DNA of 20,000 bases from an uncultured virus (IMG/VR IMGVR_UViG_2808606491_000002). Taxonomy: Duplodnaviria > Heunggongvirae > Uroviricota > Caudoviricetes. Location of the stretch: the IMG/VR virus record IMGVR_UViG_2808606491_000002, one strand, 5' to 3'. Each line of letters opens with the position of its first letter. Position 1 is the stretch's first letter. Positions 15,361-20,000 of the stretch are shown piece by piece. The notes under the pieces were generated by a model, which did not search any database, was not told where the DNA came from, and saw only the letters and a program-made list of their open reading frames with translations. Both the position numbers and the translations under genes were made by a program.

Positions 15361-16534
15361 GGATAGTGTTCAAAACTCCCGCAAGCGCGGGCAGTCGAAG
15401 GAAGGTTCGCAACGCTGGATGAACCCATGAAACAAAGCGACCTTGGCCTGGACCTGAGCAACCGACGCACGCGCAAGCAGGTATTTCTGGATGAGATGGA
15501 ACGTGTGGTGCCGTGGCAGGCGTTTTTGGCGTTGATAGCGCCGCATGCGCCGGTCAAGGCGACGGGTCGGAAGCCGTTTCCAGTCGAAACGATGCTGCGC
15601 ATCCACTTTCTGCAGCAATGGTTCGGGCTGACGGACGTGGCGATGGAAGAGGCGCTGTACGACGTGCCGTTGTATCGGCAATTCGCGGGGCTGGGAGGCA
15701 TAAGCCGACTGCCGGACCGGGTCAGCATTCTGCGCTTTCGGCACTTGCTGGAGCGACACCAGTTAGCCGAGCAATTTCTGCAGACCGTCAACGCGCAACT
15801 CAGTGCGAAGGGCTACCTGCTCAAAGAGGGCACGGTGGTCGACGCCTCGCTGATTGCCGCGCCCAGTTCGACCAAGAATGGCAGCGGCAAGCGTGACCCA
15901 GAGATGCACCAGACCAAGAAAGGTAACCAGTGGCATTTCGGCATGAAAGCGCACATTGGTGTGGATGCGGACTCGGGGCTGGTGCACACCGTAGTGGGCA
16001 CGGCCGCCAACGTCAACGACGTGACGCAAGCGCACGCATTGGTGCATGGCAAGGAGGCCGACGTGTTCGGCGATGCCGGCTATCAGGGCATCGACAAGCG
16101 CGAAGAGGTGCAGGAGTTGAAGGTGCGTTGGCATGTGGCATTACGCCCGGGCAAACGCCGCGCCTTGGACAAGAGCACCGTGTCGGGTGCGCTCGTCGAT
16201 GAGCTGGAGCGGGTCAAGGCGCGCATTCGTGCCCGCGTGGAACATCCGTTCCGAGTCATCAAGCGCCAGTTTGGGCACTTGAGGGTGCGCTATCGAGGCT
16301 TGATAAAGAACACACAGCAATTACACACGCTGTTTGCCCTGAGCAATCTGTGGATGATGCGCGGGCGACTGATGCGTGAGGCCCGCGCATGAAGGAAAAC
16401 CGCCCCGAGCAGGCGGGAATCGGCCTCTCCATGCTGCGCGTAGCGTTCCGTTCGCGTCAGGCTTCGCATCGTCTGTTACGCATCCGCTTCGCTTCGATGA
16501 CTCAGTTCGACGGAATGAGTTCTGAACACCATCC
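15361..16534 (+). mobile_element. IS5-family insertion sequence, IS1405-like (1174 bp)
   Basis: 18-bp IRs GGATAGTGTTCAAAACTC / GAGTTCTGAACACCATCC (16/18); TSD CTAA at 15357-15360 and 16535-16538. Length and 321-aa transposase match my recollection of IS1405. Confidence 0.93.
15427..16392 (+). CDS. IS5-family DDE transposase, 321 aa
   Basis: GTVVDASLIAAPSSTKN, WHFGMKAHIGVD, VFGDAGY, RARVEHPFRVIK. Confidence 0.97.
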   Translation: MKQSDLGLDLSNRRTRKQVFLDEMERVVPWQAFLALIAPHAPVKATGRKPFPVETMLRIHFLQQWFGLTDVAMEEALYDVPLYRQFAGLGGISRLPDRVSILRFRHLLERHQLAEQFLQTVNAQLSAKGYLLKEGTVVDASLIAAPSSTKNGSGKRDPEMHQTKKGNQWHFGMKAHIGVDADSGLVHTVVGTAANVNDVTQAHALVHGKEADVFGDAGYQGIDKREEVQELKVRWHVALRPGKRRALDKSTVSGALVDELERVKARIRARVEHPFRVIKRQFGHLRVRYRGLIKNTQQLHTLFALSNLWMMRGRLMREARA

Positions 16535-16726
16535 CTAAGAAACAGTAAATTGCAAGGAATGAAGATACCTCTCAGCAGAAACAGGAAGAGAGGGGACTTG
16601 GAGCGGCGCACGTGATCCGAATCCGGCCAACGATTCACAAATTTTTTCAACTGGTGTAGCGAAAGCGCGGAATCCTGTGAGAACCTGCCTGCCCAACCCC
16701 CTCGCTCCTCTAGGGCGAGCCTCCAG

Positions 16727-16755
16727 CGCCCACGTCCGCCGTGGGCGATTTTTTT
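16727..16755 (+). terminator. Rho-independent terminator
   Basis: CGCCCACG-TCCGC-CGTGGGCG-ATTTTTTT. Confidence 0.7.
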
Positions 16756-16839
16756 CAGTGCGCGGTCACTGCCCCGTAGCTTCCACCATGACCCGACTCC
16801 CGAAATCGCCCCATCGGACACCCTGAACCCTCGGACGCG

Positions 16840-17166
16840 CTAAACGGCGATCGCGGTCAGAGCCTTGTCCATACTAAAAATCTTCGTCGAACCGGATGCG
16901 GTAACCACCGCGAATGCCTTGGTTTTCGCATAGGTGCCTTGGGGTCGTTGCTCATTGTCCCATTCCGTGGTCACATCGACGGCTTTCTCGGCGGGCCAAT
17001 TCGTCGCTGCGCAGTAACGCCTATAGATGTCCAGCACGTCCGTTCTTTCAGATCCAGAGAGGCGGCTGCCGGGCGGAGTAGCTTCCCTTATCCTGTTAAA
17101 GTGTTCTTTCGCGGCCGTGAGTGTCCCAAAAACAGTGCCACTCTCGACGGTTACCTGTTTTGCCAT
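16840..17166 (-). CDS. DCL/DUF3223-like small protein, 108 aa
   Basis: Start ATG 17166 with RBS GAGGT. FGTLTAAKEHFNRI... and AFAVVTASGSTKIFSMDKAL resemble the DUF3223 pattern (FxVVRxDGSxxDFSYxKC). Confidence 0.6.
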   Translation of the reverse strand: MAKQVTVESGTVFGTLTAAKEHFNRIREATPPGSRLSGSERTDVLDIYRRYCAATNWPAEKAVDVTTEWDNEQRPQGTYAKTKAFAVVTASGSTKIFSMDKALTAIAV

Positions 17167-17343
17167 TTCGACCTCATCTACGTTGCGACATGGTAGCGGC
17201 GGCTCGGTCGGCCACTCGTCTTTTCCTAGTAGTTCCAGATGTTCAGACCTACCTCGGCGCCGTTGGCCGGGCACAGTTTCCATCGTGGAGTTCGCACATC
17301 CCGCGACGCTAGCTCGTGCAAACTTGTTCATTCGGGTACGATG

Positions 17344-17392
17344 GAAAGTACCTCGCTGAAACGAGGTACCCTCTGTTGGTTGAGGTACTTTC
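17344..17392. promoter_or_regulatory. Nested inverted repeats built on GAGGTAC (candidate operator)
   Basis: GAAAGTACCTC (17344-17354) / GAGGTACTTTC (17382-17392), plus an internal CGAGGTAC (17362-17369). Confidence 0.45.
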
Positions 17393-17470
17393 ACCTGTCA
17401 CATTTGCTGGAGAGCCGGCAAAGGCTCTGGCACCGAGAACTTACCTTCGATGTTGGCGGTCGGCAATTTT

Positions 17471-17887
17471 CTACACGCTGGGACAGTTCGTAACCGGATC
17501 GGTACAGAGTTTTTCCCTCAGTTCGATGATCCTGGCGTTGTGCGCATCAATATCGCATTGATAGGCAGAAAGGGGCGCCATTTGGCCCTTGTTAGGATCG
17601 ATATAAGCGTCACAGTTGACCCGCTCAAATTTCTGCCATGCCAGCTGGGACTTTCGCAAGGCCGCCCGGCGCGAGGCTGGCAAGCTCTTGAGCGTTTGAC
17701 TATAAACTACATTCATTTCTTTCTTCAGCCTGTTGATCTCCGCACTACTACACGCTTTCATCGCCATAAGATTGGTGCTTTGCTTGTTCGTACAGTCAGA
17801 GGCTGGAACATCCTTTTCGGCGGCACCAGCCGAAGCGCACATAGCTAGAGCAAACAAACCACTAGAGAGGATCCAACTCTTTTTCAT
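17471..17887 (-). CDS. Secreted lysozyme-inhibitor LprI (DUF1311) family protein, 138 aa
   Basis: Signal peptide MKKSWILSSGLFALAMCASAGA; C...MKAC...MNVVY...LRKSQLAWQKFERVNC...C; RBS AAGGAG. Confidence 0.85.
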   Translation of the reverse strand: MKKSWILSSGLFALAMCASAGAAEKDVPASDCTNKQSTNLMAMKACSSAEINRLKKEMNVVYSQTLKSLPASRRAALRKSQLAWQKFERVNCDAYIDPNKGQMAPLSAYQCDIDAHNARIIELREKLCTDPVTNCPSV

Positions 17888-17995
17888 TTTGATCTCCTTT
17901 CGGCTTCCGGCCGTACGTGCGCATCTCGCGCTAGGTTTTTTCCTGTTCTTGAGCGTTCGTGATCAAGAGTGCAATTTTGCGAGCAATTCCCCTAG

Positions 17996-19203
17996 GGAAA
18001 CGCTGATTTATCAGGCTCGGCGGTCATCGCTGACGTAGCCGAGGACGTTGCGGAAGGAAGCTCACGGAGTGGACCGACGACGATGAAGAAGCAAACCAGC
18101 TTTTCGGAAGCGGAGTACGCGGGCAAGAAACGCGTGACCAAGCGTGAGCGTTTCCTGGCGGAGATGGAGAAGGTCGTTCCATGGACGCGGCTGGTTGCGG
18201 CAGTCGAGCCGCACTACCCCAAAGGAGAACGAGGACGGCCGCCAATCGGGCTGCAGAGGATGCTGCGCATTTATTTCTTGCAGCAGTGGTACGGGCTGTC
18301 GGACGAAGGACTGGAAGATGCGTTGTACGACAGCATGGCGATGCGTGCGTTCGCCGGCATTGATCTGGCGGTCGAGAACGTGCCGGACGCGACCACGCTG
18401 CTGAAGTTCCGGCGCCTGCTGGTCGAGCATGACCTGACTGGCAAGCTGTTCGACGAGATCGGCATCATGCTGTGCGAGCGGGGGCTGATGATGAGGGAAG
18501 GCACGATCGTGGATGCCACCATCATCGAAGCGCCGCCGTCGACCAAGAATGCCAAGAAGAGCCGCGATCCGGAGATGCACCAGACCAAGAAGGGCAACGA
18601 ATGGCACTTTGGAATGAAGGCACACATTGGGGTGGATGCGTCGTCGGGCCTGGTGCATAGCGTGGTTGGCACGGCAGCGAATGAGTCCGATGTCTCGCAG
18701 GCCCACGCGTTGCTGCATGGCCATGAGGAAGACGCGTTTGGCGATGCAGGTTACACCGGCGTTGAGAAGCGCGACGAGATGCAAGGCAAGGGTGCGAAGT
18801 GGCATGTTGCGCTCAAGCGCAGCAAGATCAAGGCGATGCGCGATGGCGCCATCAAGGACTTGCTAATCGAGGCGGAGAGGACCAAGGCTCAGATTCGGGC
18901 TCGGGTCGAACATCCGTTCCATGTCATCAAGAATCTGTTTGGTCATCGCAAGGTTCGTTACAAGGGCTTGGCCAAGAACACGGCGCAACTGTTCAGCTTG
19001 TTCGGTCTCGCCAATCTGGTGCTCGCCAGGAGACAGTTGCTGGCCAGCCCTGAAAGCATTCCGTCCTGAGCGCGCAAAGCGCGCCAGGCACCACGCGAAA
19101 ACGGCGGAAAACGTGCTCAATCGGCACTTCCTTCCCGCGATGCGGAAACCTTGAACAGGATGGCTCGCGATTCCATTCACGGACCCCATTGATCAGCGTT
19201 TCC
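17996..19203 (+). mobile_element. IS5-family insertion sequence, IS1021-like (1208 bp)
   Basis: IRs GGAAACGCTGATTTA / TTGATCAGCGTTTCC; TSD CTAG at 17992-17995 and 19204-19207. Confidence 0.92.
18083..19069 (+). CDS. IS5-family DDE transposase, 328 aa
   Basis: GTIVDATIIEAPPSTKN, WHFGMKAHIGVD, AFGDAGY, RARVEHPFHVIK. Confidence 0.97.
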   Translation: MKKQTSFSEAEYAGKKRVTKRERFLAEMEKVVPWTRLVAAVEPHYPKGERGRPPIGLQRMLRIYFLQQWYGLSDEGLEDALYDSMAMRAFAGIDLAVENVPDATTLLKFRRLLVEHDLTGKLFDEIGIMLCERGLMMREGTIVDATIIEAPPSTKNAKKSRDPEMHQTKKGNEWHFGMKAHIGVDASSGLVHSVVGTAANESDVSQAHALLHGHEEDAFGDAGYTGVEKRDEMQGKGAKWHVALKRSKIKAMRDGAIKDLLIEAERTKAQIRARVEHPFHVIKNLFGHRKVRYKGLAKNTAQLFSLFGLANLVLARRQLLASPESIPS

Positions 19204-19765
19204 CTAGCGCCGGAAGGAAAGGCGCAACGATGCTCATATGAGCAGCAGCGGACGAAATGAAGGCCTGATAATTTTTCCCGAATGACACTTTGTCATCTTT
19301 TGCGGACTCCATATGTCCTATTGCCTTCAAAATTTCCAACCTATCAGTAGCGTTTCCGATTTTATCCTCAATCGTTTGTCGCATCTTCTGAAACAGGTCA
19401 CTGTCGGTGACAAGGTTGACTGAATGATCGTTGGAATGAATGTTCACCCGCGCATTATTTCCACTAACGCTCACTGAATAGTGACCGCCCGTGTTCTTTT
19501 CGACCACTTTTGGACGCGAAACCTTCACTTGGTAGTGCGGCCCAAATGGGCCACTACTGTAGAAGGTTGGATCGTCTACAGTGAACACTTCCTCCTTACC
19601 ATTAGGCAATTGCCGACGGATCTCGTCGCCAAGTCGAATGTCGGCGCTCGTGTCGGAAACCAAGATCATGCTACCGGTGAACGCCCCCTTCACGCGGCAG
19701 CGAATTTCCCCCGCAGGCGATACGACTTCCATGTCCTCTTGCTTAACCAATCCGGGCAGACTCAT
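19193..19765 (-). CDS. Hypothetical protein whose extreme C-terminus is replaced by IS sequence (original 3' end at 17963-17995)
   Basis: RBS GGAGG. The present end LPALGKR* terminates inside the IS; removing the IS restores LPALGELLAKLHS* (196 aa, stop at 17963-17965). Confidence 0.8.
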   Translation of the reverse strand: MSLPGLVKQEDMEVVSPAGEIRCRVKGAFTGSMILVSDTSADIRLGDEIRRQLPNGKEEVFTVDDPTFYSSGPFGPHYQVKVSRPKVVEKNTGGHYSVSVSGNNARVNIHSNDHSVNLVTDSDLFQKMRQTIEDKIGNATDRLEILKAIGHMESAKDDKVSFGKNYQAFISSAAAHMSIVAPFLPALGKR

Positions 19766-19808
19766 TCGTGATCCTCCGTTTCCTCAGGCCGGCCACGCCA
19801 GCGTTTTC

Positions 19809-20000
19809 CTAAGCGCCATTGACTGTAAACGCAGTCATCCGGCTAGCGACTGCTTGCACGGCGATAGGCAATTTCGCTTCGTCCAATGCGGTGGCCTCGA
19901 TCTGTGCTTTCCAAGCGTCGTTTTGCTCGAACTCGAATGCCTTCTCACCGGTGATGATCCCTTGGGGTATGAAGTACGCCTCAAGGATCATCACGCCCAT
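19809..20000 (-). CDS. 3' fragment of an unidentified gene (probably starts beyond the window)
   Basis: Frame is open from the window edge to TAG at 19809; protein-like composition; 43 bp upstream of the next gene. Confidence 0.55.
   Translation of the reverse strand: MGVMILEAYFIPQGIITGEKAFEFEQNDAWKAQIEATALDEAKLPIAVQAVASRMTAFTVNGA

Noticed and set aside
15361..19203. Composite transposon formed by the two IS5 elements
   Set aside because: They are different elements with different IRs, and each has its own complete TSD (CTAA, CTAG), indicating independent insertions.

Overview
The window holds the replication/early-late junction of a GC-rich lambdoid-like prophage, almost all on the minus strand and continuing past position 1, followed by an IS-disrupted accessory region. 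In transcription order the core is: two uncharacterised genes (428 and 324 aa), an excisionase-like HTH, a hypothetical, a Sak4-like AAA ATPase, an SSB-like protein, a Zn-finger protein with an SSB-type acidic tip, a hypothetical, a P4-type primase-helicase with a putative ori, a DUF6362-like late regulator, a lambda-like cosQ/cosN/cosB candidate, and two tandem ParB-domain genes (one a complete DNA methyltransferase fusion, the other cut by the window edge). A ~4 kb cargo block (~8.95-12.9 kb) sits inside the core. It carries a hypothetical gene, an AbiU2-like HEPN nuclease behind a structured leader, a tyrosine-recombinase remnant and a STAND/AAA-like NTPase, interspersed with related short sites that suggest a recombinase-driven gene-capture hotspot. 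The right end has two complete IS5-family elements with target duplications (IS1405-like and IS1021-like, pointing to the Ralstonia solanacearum complex), a DCL/DUF3223-like gene, an LprI-family gene and a gene clipped by the second IS. Family assignments come from motif recognition and memory, not from database searches.
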